Part shown: piece by piece, positions 16,181 through 24,100 of the stretch
Numbering within the stretch: the first letter of the stretch is position 1
Layout of the letters: each line of letters opens with the position of its first letter
NCBI RefSeq assembly: GCF_042660085.1
Contig: NZ_JBHSTI010000003.1
Location: forward strand, 1-32,000
From: Longivirga aurantiaca
Lineage (GTDB): Bacteria > Actinomycetota > Actinomycetes > S36-B12 > CAIYMF01
Reading direction: 5' to 3'
Length of the DNA stretch: 32,000 nt
The notes under the pieces: model-generated
Seen by the model: the letters and a program-made list of their open reading frames with translations, nothing else
Told to the model about the DNA's origin: nothing
The model's database searches: none
Program-made: the position numbers and the translations under genes

Positions 16181-16906
16181 GTGAGCACCGAGCCCCCCAC
16201 GAGCGCCGCGCCCACCGCTGGCGCGCTGCCGGGGCTGTTCGTGGCGTTCGAGGGTGGCGACGGCGCGGGCAAGTCGACCCAGGCGCGCGCGCTCGCCGCA
16301 GCGCTGGAAGGCGCGGGCCGCGAGGTGGTGCTCACCCGCGAGCCGGGCGGCACCCCCGCCGCCGAGGCGATCCGCGACGTCGTGCTCACGCCCCAGTACG
16401 CCGGCCTCGACGCCCGGGCCGAGGCGCTGCTGTTCGCGGCCTCGCGCGGCGAGCACGTCGCGCGCCTGGTGCGCCCCGCCCTCGAGCGCGGCGCCGTCGT
16501 CATCACCGACCGCTACCTCGACTCCTCGATCGCCTACCAGGGGATCGCCCGCGGCCTCGGCCTCGAGGTCGTGGAGCAGCTCAACCTCTGGGCCACGCGC
16601 GATCTCCTGCCCCACCTCACCGTGCTGCTCGACGTCGAGGCCGGCACGGGCCTCGACCGCGTCACCGACCCCAACCGGCTCGAGGACGAGCCGACGTCGT
16701 TCCACGCCGTCGTCGTCCAGGCGTTCCGCGACCTGGCCGCCCGTGAGCCCGGGCGCTACCTCGTGATCCCTGCGTCGGGAAGCCGCGAGGAGATCGCCGC
16801 CACCGTGCTCGCCCGAGTGCAGACCCTCCTCGCTGACACTGATCAATCCGTCGCTTCCGGGGCTGGGAAGCAGCGGATTGACCAGTCTGAGCAGGGGGTG
16901 TCATGA
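16181..16906 (+). CDS. tmk: Thymidylate kinase (dTMP kinase) with a C-terminal extension
   Basis: P-loop 'FVAFEGGDGAGKSTQ', 'TREPGGT' and 'DRYLDSSIAYQG'. GTG start. TAGGGT (16169-16174) lies 6 nt upstream, which suggests a leaderless transcript. The stop overlaps the holB ATG (ATGA at 16903-16906). Confidence 0.93.
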   Translation: MSTEPPTSAAPTAGALPGLFVAFEGGDGAGKSTQARALAAALEGAGREVVLTREPGGTPAAEAIRDVVLTPQYAGLDARAEALLFAASRGEHVARLVRPALERGAVVITDRYLDSSIAYQGIARGLGLEVVEQLNLWATRDLLPHLTVLLDVEAGTGLDRVTDPNRLEDEPTSFHAVVVQAFRDLAAREPGRYLVIPASGSREEIAATVLARVQTLLADTDQSVASGAGKQRIDQSEQGVS

Positions 16907-18087
16907 GCGACGTCTTCAGCGGGCTCGTCGGGCAGGACAACGCCGTCGCGCTGCTGCGCGCCGCGGCCGCCGACGCCCCTGCAGCCCGCGCCGGGCAGCA
17001 CTCCACCGCGATGACGCACGCCTGGCTCATCACCGGCCCTCCCGGGTCGGGCCGCAGCACAGCCGCGCTCGCCTTCGCCGCGGCGCTCGTCTGCCCGCAG
17101 GGCGGCTGCGGCACCTGCCAGGAGTGCACGTCGGTGCGGCACTCCGCGCATGTCGACGTCGAGCACGTCGTGCCCGAGTCGGTCACCTACGCCGTCGACG
17201 AGACGCGCGAGCTCGTACGCCGGTCGAGCATCTCGCCGTCGCGCGCGCCCTGGCACGTGTTCGTGCTCGAGGACGCCGACCGCCTCAACCCCGAGAGCGC
17301 CAACACTCTGCTCAAGTCGATCGAGGAGCCCACGCCGGGCACTGTGTGGATCCTCTGCGCGCCGAGCACCGAGGACGTGCTCCCCACGATCCGCTCGCGC
17401 TGCCGCCACCTCATGCTCGCCACCCCCACCACCGCCGAGGTGGCCGATGCGCTGCAGCGGGTGCTCGGGGTCGATCCCGCGATGGCGTCGTTCGCCGCCC
17501 GCGCCGCGCAGGGCCACATCGGCCGCGCCCGCGCGCTCGCCACCGACGAGAGCGCGCGCCTGCGCCGGCAGGACGTCCTGCGCATCCCGAGCCAGCTGCG
17601 CGACCTCGGCTCGTGCCTCGCGCTCGCCGCCGACCTCGTGGCCACCGTCACCGAGGACGCCGCCTCGATCTGCGACCCGCTCGACTCCGACGAGATGTCG
17701 GCGCTGCGGGCGGCGTACGGCGAGGGCTCGGAAGGACGCGGCATCGGCACCGTCGAGCGCCGCGCGAAGGGCGCGCTGAAGGCGTTGGAGGACAGGCAGA
17801 AGCGGCGCCGGCGCCGGGTCGTGCGCGACCAGCTCGACCGCGCGATCGTCGACCTCATCGCGTTCTACCGCGACGTGCTCGTCGTGCAGCTCGGGGCGGC
17901 GTCGCCGCTCGTGAACGACGAGATGCGCCCGCAGATCGAGCGCCTCGCGGCCGAGTCGTCGCCCGAGGACACGCTGCACCGCGTCGACGCGCTCGAGCGC
18001 ACCCGCAACCTGCTCGAGGCCAACGTCGCGCCGCTGCTCGCCTTCGAGTCGCTCACCGTGAGCCTGCGCGACCCCTCGCTCGTCTGA
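16903..18087 (+). CDS. holB: DNA polymerase III delta' subunit
   Basis: 'HAWLITGPPGSGRSTAALAFAAALVC', the zinc module 'CGTCQECTSV', and 'NTLLKSIEEP' followed by 'SRC' (sensor motif), typical of clamp-loader delta'. Confidence 0.92.
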   Translation: MSDVFSGLVGQDNAVALLRAAAADAPAARAGQHSTAMTHAWLITGPPGSGRSTAALAFAAALVCPQGGCGTCQECTSVRHSAHVDVEHVVPESVTYAVDETRELVRRSSISPSRAPWHVFVLEDADRLNPESANTLLKSIEEPTPGTVWILCAPSTEDVLPTIRSRCRHLMLATPTTAEVADALQRVLGVDPAMASFAARAAQGHIGRARALATDESARLRRQDVLRIPSQLRDLGSCLALAADLVATVTEDAASICDPLDSDEMSALRAAYGEGSEGRGIGTVERRAKGALKALEDRQKRRRRRVVRDQLDRAIVDLIAFYRDVLVVQLGAASPLVNDEMRPQIERLAAESSPEDTLHRVDALERTRNLLEANVAPLLAFESLTVSLRDPSLV

Positions 18088-18106
18088 GACCGAGCCTGGT
18101 ACCTCG

Positions 18107-21100
18107 TCAGACGGTGCGGCGGAACTGCCCGCCGACGTCGAACAGCGCCTGCGTGATCTGCCCGAGCGAGCACACGCGCACGGCCGACAGCAGGGCCTCG
18201 AACAGGTTGCCGCCCGAGACCGCGGCGTCCTGCAGCGCGGCGAGCGCCTCGGGTGCCTCCGCCTGGTGCCGCTCCTGGAACGCGCGCAGCCGGTCGAGCT
18301 GCGACTGCTTCTCGTGCTCGGTCGCACGGGCGAGCTCGAGTCCGTGCGCGGTCTCGCAGTCGGAGGACGACGCGGGCGCGAGGAACGTGTTGACGCCGAT
18401 GATCGGCAGCGAGCCGTCGTGCTTGCGGTGCTCGTAGAGCATCGACTCGTCCTGGATCCTGCCGCGCTGGTAGCCGGTCTCCATCGCGCCGAGCACACCG
18501 CCGCGGTCGGAGATGCGCTCGAACTCGGCGAGCACGGCCTCCTCGACGAGGTCGGTGAGCTGCTCGACGACGTACGAGCCCTGGAGCGGGTTCTCGTTCA
18601 TCGACAGGCCCCACTCCTTGTCGATGATCATCTGGATGGCGAGCGCGCGGCGCACCGACGACTCGCTCGGCGTGGTGACCGCCTCGTCGTACGCGTTGGT
18701 GTGCAACGAGTTCGCGTTGTCGTAGAGGGCGCAGAGCGCCTGCAGCGTGGTGCGGATGTCGTTGAAGTCCATCTCCTGCGCGTGCAGCGAGCGGCCGCTG
18801 GTCTGCACGTGGTACTTCAGCTTCTGCGCGCGCTCGTCCGCGCCGTACTTCTCCTTCATCGCCACGGCCCAGATGCGGCGCGCGACGCGGCCGATCACGG
18901 TGTACTCGGCGTCCATGCCGTTGCTGAAGAAGAACGACAGGTTGGGCGCGAAGTCATTCACGTCCATGCCGCGCGCGAGGTACGACTCGACGTAGGTGAA
19001 CCCGTTCGACAGCGTGAACGCGAGCTGGCTGATGGGGTTCGCCCCGGCCTCGGCGATGTGGTAGCCGCTGATCGAGACCGAGTAGAAGTTGCGGACGTCG
19101 TGCTCGATGAACCACTGCTGGATGTCGGCCATCGCGCGCAGCGAGAACTCGGTCGAGAAGATGCAGGTGTTCTGGCCCTGGTCCTCCTTGAGGATGTCGG
19201 CCTGCACCGTGCCGCGGACGGTCGACACCGTGCGGGCGCGGATCGCGTCGAGCTCGCCGGCGTCGGGCTCACGGCCCTCGTCGGTGCGGAAGCGCTCGAC
19301 CTGCTGGTCGATCGCGGCGTTGAAGTACATCGCCAGGATCGTGGGCGCCGGGCCGTTGATGGTCATCGAGACCGACGTGGTCGGCGAGCAGAGGTCGAAC
19401 CCTGCGTACAGGTCCTTCATGTCGTCGAGCGTCGCGATCGAGACGCCGGACGTGCCCACCTTGCCGTAGACGTCGGGCTGCGGCGCGGGGTCGCGGCCGT
19501 AGAGCGTGACGGAGTCGAACGCCGTCGACAGGCGCGTGGCCGGCTGACCCTGCGAGAGCAGGTGGAAGCGCCGGTTGGTGCGTGCGGGGTCGCCCTCGCC
19601 GGCGAACATCCGCGCGGGCGCCTCGCCCTCGCGCTTGAACGGGAAGACGCCGGCGGTGAAGGGGTAGGAGCCGGGCAGGTTCTCCGCGCGAAGGAACCGG
19701 AGCAGCGAGCCGTGGTCGTCGTCCGGGGGGAGTGCCACGCGCGGCACGTGGCTGCCCGAGAGCGTCTCGCGCGTGAGCGGCGTCGTGATCTCCTTGCCGC
19801 GCACGACGTACACCTGGTGGTCGCCGGTGTACGACGCCCTCACGGCCGGCCAGCCGTCGAGCAGCTCTCGGACCGAGGCGGGCATCGACTCGTGGGCAGC
19901 GCCGAGCAGACGACTGACGGCAGCGGCTGCGGAGGACTCGCCCTCGGCGGCGAGCAGGTCGAGCGTGGCCGAGAGCTGCTGCGCCTGGCGGGCGAGGGCT
20001 GCGAGCCGCTGGGTCTCCGCGTGGTAGCCGCGGACGGTGCTGGCGATCTCGGCCAGGTAGTGCTCGCGGCCGCGGGGGAGCACACGGGCGATGTGGGTGG
20101 AGAAGCGCGTGGTCACCGGCGCGAGCGTGCCGTCGAACTCGCGCAGGCCCTTCGCGGTGAGCAGGCTCTTGAGCTCCTGGTAGAGCGCGGTCACGCCGTC
20201 GTCGTCGAAACGCGCTGCGCTCGTGCCGAAGACGGGCATGTCCTCCCACGGCGTGCCGAACGCCTCGCGGTTGCGCACCATCTGGCGCGCGACGTCGCGA
20301 CGCGCGTCCTCGGCGCCGCGGCGCTCGAACTTGTTGACCGCGACGACGTCGGCGAAGTCGAGCATGTCGATCTTCTCGAGCTGCGAGGCGGCGCCGTACT
20401 CCGGCGTCATGACGTAGAGGCTCACGTCGGCGTGCGACGAGATGGCGACGTCGCCCTGGCCGATTCCGGGCGTCTCGACGATCACGAGGTCGTAGCCGGC
20501 GGCGCGGCAGGCGGCGACGGCGTCGTCGAGCGACGGCGGGACGACGGTGTTGGCGTCGCGCGTGGCGAACGAGCGGAAGAAGACGACGTCGGGATCGATC
20601 GAGTTCATGCGGATGCGGTCGCCGAGCAGGGCGCCGCCGCCGCGGCGGCGCGTGGGGTCGACGGCGAGGACGGCGATACGGAGCTTGTCCTGGCTGTCGC
20701 GGCGCAGCCGGCGTACGAGCTCGTCGGTGAGCGACGACTTGCCCGAGCCGCCTGTGCCGGTGATGCCGAGCACGGGCGCGGGGTGAACCGCGGTGGCGGT
20801 GCGCAGCTCGGCCGCGAGCTCGGGCCGGCGTCCGGACTCGAGCACGGTGAGCGCGCGCGCGAGCGCAGTGACGTCGCCCGTGCGGAGCGCGGTGACGTCG
20901 ACCTCGCCGCCTGCGAGATCGACGTCGCAGGTGCGGATGAGCTCGTTGATCATTCCGGGCAGTCCGAGGCGCTGGCCGTCGGCGGGGGAGAAGATGCGCA
21001 CGCCGACGGCGGCGAGCGCGTCGATCTCCTCGGGCACGATCACGCCGCCACCACCGCCGAACACGCGCACGTGGCCGGCGCCGCGCTCGCGCAGCCGCTC

Positions 21101-21352
21101 GACGAGGTAGGTGAAGTACTCGACGTGCCCGCCCTGGTACGACGAGACCGCGATCCCCTGGACGTCCTCCTGCACCGCGGCGGTGACGACGTCCTCGACG
21201 CTGCGGTCGTGGCCGAGGTGCACGACCTCGGCGCCCTGGGCCTGCAGCAGCCGCCGCATGATGTTGATGGCGGCGTCGTGCCCGTCGAACAGGCTCGCGG
21301 CCGTGACGAAGCGGACGGGGTTCACGGGTGCGTGCAGGGCGGCCGGGTCCAC
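18107..21352 (-). CDS. icmF: Fused isobutyryl-CoA mutase (B12-binding domain + MeaB-like G-protein + mutase domain)
   Basis: The N-terminal B12 domain has 'DGHDAAIN' (DxHxxG). The central P-loop is 'GTGGSGKSSL' with 'NKFE'. The C-terminal methylmalonyl/isobutyryl-CoA-mutase barrel includes '...YHIAEAGA...'. 1081 aa; GAGGAGGAG precedes the GTG at 21352. Confidence 0.93.
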   Translation of the reverse strand: MDPAALHAPVNPVRFVTAASLFDGHDAAINIMRRLLQAQGAEVVHLGHDRSVEDVVTAAVQEDVQGIAVSSYQGGHVEYFTYLVERLRERGAGHVRVFGGGGGVIVPEEIDALAAVGVRIFSPADGQRLGLPGMINELIRTCDVDLAGGEVDVTALRTGDVTALARALTVLESGRRPELAAELRTATAVHPAPVLGITGTGGSGKSSLTDELVRRLRRDSQDKLRIAVLAVDPTRRRGGGALLGDRIRMNSIDPDVVFFRSFATRDANTVVPPSLDDAVAACRAAGYDLVIVETPGIGQGDVAISSHADVSLYVMTPEYGAASQLEKIDMLDFADVVAVNKFERRGAEDARRDVARQMVRNREAFGTPWEDMPVFGTSAARFDDDGVTALYQELKSLLTAKGLREFDGTLAPVTTRFSTHIARVLPRGREHYLAEIASTVRGYHAETQRLAALARQAQQLSATLDLLAAEGESSAAAAVSRLLGAAHESMPASVRELLDGWPAVRASYTGDHQVYVVRGKEITTPLTRETLSGSHVPRVALPPDDDHGSLLRFLRAENLPGSYPFTAGVFPFKREGEAPARMFAGEGDPARTNRRFHLLSQGQPATRLSTAFDSVTLYGRDPAPQPDVYGKVGTSGVSIATLDDMKDLYAGFDLCSPTTSVSMTINGPAPTILAMYFNAAIDQQVERFRTDEGREPDAGELDAIRARTVSTVRGTVQADILKEDQGQNTCIFSTEFSLRAMADIQQWFIEHDVRNFYSVSISGYHIAEAGANPISQLAFTLSNGFTYVESYLARGMDVNDFAPNLSFFFSNGMDAEYTVIGRVARRIWAVAMKEKYGADERAQKLKYHVQTSGRSLHAQEMDFNDIRTTLQALCALYDNANSLHTNAYDEAVTTPSESSVRRALAIQMIIDKEWGLSMNENPLQGSYVVEQLTDLVEEAVLAEFERISDRGGVLGAMETGYQRGRIQDESMLYEHRKHDGSLPIIGVNTFLAPASSSDCETAHGLELARATEHEKQSQLDRLRAFQERHQAEAPEALAALQDAAVSGGNLFEALLSAVRVCSLGQITQALFDVGGQFRRTV

Positions 21353-21390
21353 GGCTCCTCCTCGGGTCGGCCCGGGATCGCCGGGTGGGA

Positions 21391-21414
21391 AAATAGTAGG
21401 ACGTCCGACTATTT
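21391..21414. promoter_or_regulatory. 24-bp near-perfect palindrome; candidate MarR operator in the icmF/marR divergent region
   Basis: AAATAGTAGGAC|GTCCGACTATTT matches at 11 of 12 positions per half. It is AT-rich in a 94-bp GC-rich intergenic region, 39 bp from the icmF start and 33 bp from the marR start. Confidence 0.55.
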
Positions 21415-21446
21415 GAAGGCAATGGGCCAGCGGCTACGATCGGACG

Positions 21447-21944
21447 GTGACCGAGGAGCCGCGCGACCCCATCGCCGAGGCCCACCGCCAGTGGGTCGCG
21501 CACGGGTGGGAGGACGCCGCCGACGGCATGGCCGCGATCACCTCGCTCATGCGCGCGCACCAGATCGCGATGTCGCGGGTGGAGGCGGTGCTGCGGCCGC
21601 TCGGGATCTCGTTCGCGCGGTACGAGACGCTCATGCTCCTGCACCTGTCGCGGCGGCACGCGCTGCCGATGCGCGTGCTCGGGTCGCGGCTGCAGGTGCA
21701 CCAGACGAGCGTGACCAACGCCGTCGACCGGCTCGAGGCCGCAGGCCTCGTCGTACGCACGCCGCACCCGGACGACCGCCGCTCGACCCTGGTCGAGATC
21801 ACCCCCGAGGGCTCCGCGCTCGCGGAGAAGGCCACCGCAGCGCTGAACGAGCAGGTCTTCGCCGATCCCGGGCTCCCGGCGTCCCAGGTGACCAGCCTGG
21901 TCTCGGTGCTGCGCCGCTACCGCCAGGGCGCCGGCGACTTCTGA
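21447..21944 (+). CDS. MarR-family transcriptional regulator
   Basis: Winged-helix core 'ISFARYETLMLLHLSRRHALPMRVLGSRLQVHQTSVTNAVDRLEAAGLVVRTPHPDDRRSTLVEIT'. 165 aa, GTG start. Confidence 0.88.
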   Translation: MTEEPRDPIAEAHRQWVAHGWEDAADGMAAITSLMRAHQIAMSRVEAVLRPLGISFARYETLMLLHLSRRHALPMRVLGSRLQVHQTSVTNAVDRLEAAGLVVRTPHPDDRRSTLVEITPEGSALAEKATAALNEQVFADPGLPASQVTSLVSVLRRYRQGAGDF

Positions 21945-21962
21945 CCCCGCGTCGTCGTTCGC

Positions 21963-22022
21963 GAGTTACTGCCCGAATGGTCGTTGAAGGGCATCGCTCA
22001 GCGACCCTTTGGGCAGTAACTC
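21963..22022. terminator. Long-range perfect 12-bp inverted repeat (36-nt interior with a nested stem) between convergent genes
   Basis: gagttactgccc (21963-21974) pairs with gggcagtaactc (22011-22022). The interior contains ggtcg...cgacc. It lies between the marR stop (21944) and the stop of the minus-strand gene (22039). Confidence 0.4.
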
Positions 22023-22038
22023 GAGACGCCTGCCGGCG

Positions 22039-22899
22039 TCAGGACGATGCGGTGCGCAGGCCCTCGGCGTACGCCGTGAGCGCGTCGGCGGCCGGGCCGA
22101 GCACGTCGTCGCCGCTGCGGCCGAGGTCGGGCGAGGCCAGCATCGTGGAGGCGGCGGCGAGCAGCCGGTCGTAGACCGCGACGCCCTGCGCGAGCCGGCC
22201 GCGCACCTGCTCGGCGGCGTCCGTGGCGGCCGTCGCGGCGGTCGAGCCGGGCAGCTCGCGGCGCACCTGGTCGAGCACGGCGAGGCGGGCGACCTGCGCG
22301 GTGAATGCGGGCGCGGCCTCGTCGTCGGCAGCCTTGAGCTCCTTGCCGGCGTCCGGGTGGAGCGAGGCGACGGCCGGCACCATGCTGACGAGCTGCCGGC
22401 GTACGGCGGCCAGGCCCTGCGACTCGGTGAATCCGATGGCGTCGCGGCGCAGGTCGTCGGCGCGGGTGATGGCAGACATCGTGGGCGGCTCGGGCGGGGT
22501 GATCGTGCGCGAGCGGTGCCGGGCGCTGACGGCACGGACGGCGAACAGGGCCGACCCCAGCAGCCACCACCATGGTGCGCCGGGGATGACGCCGTTGTCG
22601 GTGGCGACGGTGGCGGCGTCGATGAGGCCGAGCGTGCCTGCCGAGGCGGCGATCGCGGTGCTGGTGACCGCGCGCGACCGGAGGTCGACGACGCGCTTCT
22701 GGTGCTTGGTGACGGCCTTGGCGTGGGCCTCCATCGCCTTCGCGTGCTCTCGGGTGGCCTTGGTGCCCGATCCCTGGGCGAGCGCGTACGCCTCCGCGAC
22801 GTCGAGCCCCTGCTCGACGAGCGCGGTCACCCGCTCGGCCAGCTTGGCGACGTCCTTGCCCACACCCCCACGGTAAGCCCGCACCCCCGCCCCGGTCAT
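22039..22899 (-). CDS. Hypothetical membrane protein (287 aa: helical N-terminal region, two hydrophobic segments, Ala-rich C-terminal domain)
   Basis: The start was chosen at ATG 22899 (MTGAGVRAYRGGVGKDVAKLAERV...). Hydrophobic stretches are 'AVTSTAIAASAGTLGLIDAATVA' and 'APWWWLLGSALFAVRAV'. GC3 is strong. The upstream part of track ORF 22039-23343 looks like low-quality read-through. Confidence 0.7.
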   Translation of the reverse strand: MTGAGVRAYRGGVGKDVAKLAERVTALVEQGLDVAEAYALAQGSGTKATREHAKAMEAHAKAVTKHQKRVVDLRSRAVTSTAIAASAGTLGLIDAATVATDNGVIPGAPWWWLLGSALFAVRAVSARHRSRTITPPEPPTMSAITRADDLRRDAIGFTESQGLAAVRRQLVSMVPAVASLHPDAGKELKAADDEAAPAFTAQVARLAVLDQVRRELPGSTAATAATDAAEQVRGRLAQGVAVYDRLLAAASTMLASPDLGRSGDDVLGPAADALTAYAEGLRTASS

Positions 22900-23093
22900 G
22901 CCCGATCCCCGACCCGGCAGTTTGCGATGAAGGAGTCCTTCATCCAATAGACCCGAACAATCCTTCCCACCATGAGACAAGGGAAGCGGGCCCGGTCGGG
23001 GCCGGTCGTGCCCACGGCGTGATCTGTGCGGGTGTACGCATCCGACCAGAAGGCCCAGATCCAGTGCACGTCCGCCGCGGCAATCCGGCTCAC
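22896..23093 (-). CDS. Candidate small ORF (65 aa, Trp-rich); weak call
   Basis: GTG at 23093. The first ~37 codons have very high GC3 (VSRIAAADVHWIWAFWSDAYTRTDHAVGTTGPDRARF). The stop overlaps the ATG of the downstream gene (ATGA at 22896-22899). There is no SD, and the 3' third is encoded by repeat A3, so it may be fortuitous. Confidence 0.25.
   Translation of the reverse strand: MSRIAAADVHWIWAFWSDAYTRTDHAVGTTGPDRARFPCLMVGRIVRVYWMKDSFIANCRVGDRA
22919..22975 (+). repeat. Repeat family A, copy A3
   Basis: gtttgcGATGAAGG-agt-CCTTCATCCAATAGACCCGAACAATCCttcccaccatgag. The stem is kept (22926-22933 / 22937-22944) and the loop differs from A1/A2. It lies 20 nt from the start codon at 22899. Confidence 0.8.
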
Positions 23094-23150
23094 GACGATG
23101 ATGGGAACCTGAGTACTGCTCTATTGGATGAAGGTCGCCTTCATGTGGAA
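23090..23150 (-). repeat. Repeat family A, copy A4 (inverted orientation)
   Basis: The reverse complement reads ggttccacATGAAGGCGACCTTCATCCAATAGAGC-agtactcaggttc-CCATCATC. This is identical to A2 across the hairpin and CCAATAGAGC, with a different 13-nt block and the same CCATCATC end. The hairpin (23128-23144) lies 24 nt upstream of the hydrolase start. Confidence 0.8.
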
Positions 23151-23167
23151 CCCCGTAGGCTCGGGGG

Positions 23168-24022
23168 ATGCCGGTGGAGAGCGCGGAGCTGCATCTGGAC
23201 GACCCGGTGCTGGGTTCGGTCGTGCTGGACGCGGTCATGGCGGGGGCGGACGACGGCATCCCCGTGCTCCTGCTGCACGGCTGGCCGCAGACCTCCCTGT
23301 CGTGGCGGCAGGTCATCCCGCCGCTGGCGAGCTCGGGCTGCAAGGTCGTGGCGGTCGACCAGCGCGGCTACTCGCCGCAGACCCGCCCCGTCGACGTCTC
23401 GGCGTACGCGCTGCCGCACCTCGTGCACGACGCCGTCGGCATGATCGAGGCGCTCGGCTGGGAGAGCGCGCACGTCGTGGGGCACGACTGGGGCGCGGTC
23501 GTCGCCTGGGCCCTCGCCGCCCAGCGCCCCGAGCTCGTCCGCACCCTCACCGCCGTCTCGGTGCCGCACCCGCAGGCGTTCAACGCCGCGCTGAAGTCCG
23601 ACCCCGTGCAGTGGAAGAAGTCGGCGTACATGGCGCTGTTCCGCACCGCGCCCGGCAAGGCCGCGCAGGTGCTGCTGCGCGACGGCGCGAAGGCGCTGCG
23701 CGAGGTGTACGGCGATGCCGTGCACAAGGTCGACGTCGAGCGGTACGTCGAGTTCTTCAGCGACGACGACGCGATGGAGGCGTCGCTGCGGTGGTACGCC
23801 GCGATGGGCGGCGACCAGTTCAAGGACATCGGACCGGTCGACGTGCCGACCACGTTCGTGTGGGGCAACGACGACGTCGCGATCGGCGCGCAGGCCGCGC
23901 GCGGGTGCGGCGAGTGGTGCCGCAACGACTTCGAGATGCGCGTGCTCACCGACCGCGGCCACTGGATCCCTGACGAGGACCCCGACGCGCTCGTCGACGC
24001 GATCCTCGCCCGGATCGGCTGA
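23168..24022 (+). CDS. Alpha/beta-fold hydrolase (epoxide-hydrolase/haloalkane-dehalogenase-like)
   Basis: 'VLLLHGWPQTSLSWRQVIPPLA' is an HGxP-type oxyanion motif, 'VVGHDWGAVVAW' is the nucleophile elbow with Asp, and 'GHW' lies near the C-terminus. Confidence 0.9.
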   Translation: MPVESAELHLDDPVLGSVVLDAVMAGADDGIPVLLLHGWPQTSLSWRQVIPPLASSGCKVVAVDQRGYSPQTRPVDVSAYALPHLVHDAVGMIEALGWESAHVVGHDWGAVVAWALAAQRPELVRTLTAVSVPHPQAFNAALKSDPVQWKKSAYMALFRTAPGKAAQVLLRDGAKALREVYGDAVHKVDVERYVEFFSDDDAMEASLRWYAAMGGDQFKDIGPVDVPTTFVWGNDDVAIGAQAARGCGEWCRNDFEMRVLTDRGHWIPDEDPDALVDAILARIG

Positions 24023-24100
24023 GGTGCAGAGGATCCCGCGGATGACGAGCCACGTGGACGTGCAGCGACCGTCGTACGCCGACGGCAGGAGGTGCGCGTC

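Noticed and set aside
18266-22174. 1302-aa plus-strand ORF, the longest in the track
   Set aside because: It is antisense to icmF. The translation is Arg/Ala/Gly/Val/Asp-rich low complexity with no motifs. The minus-strand ORF carries clear B12-binding, G-protein and mutase motifs. This is a typical high-GC shadow ORF.
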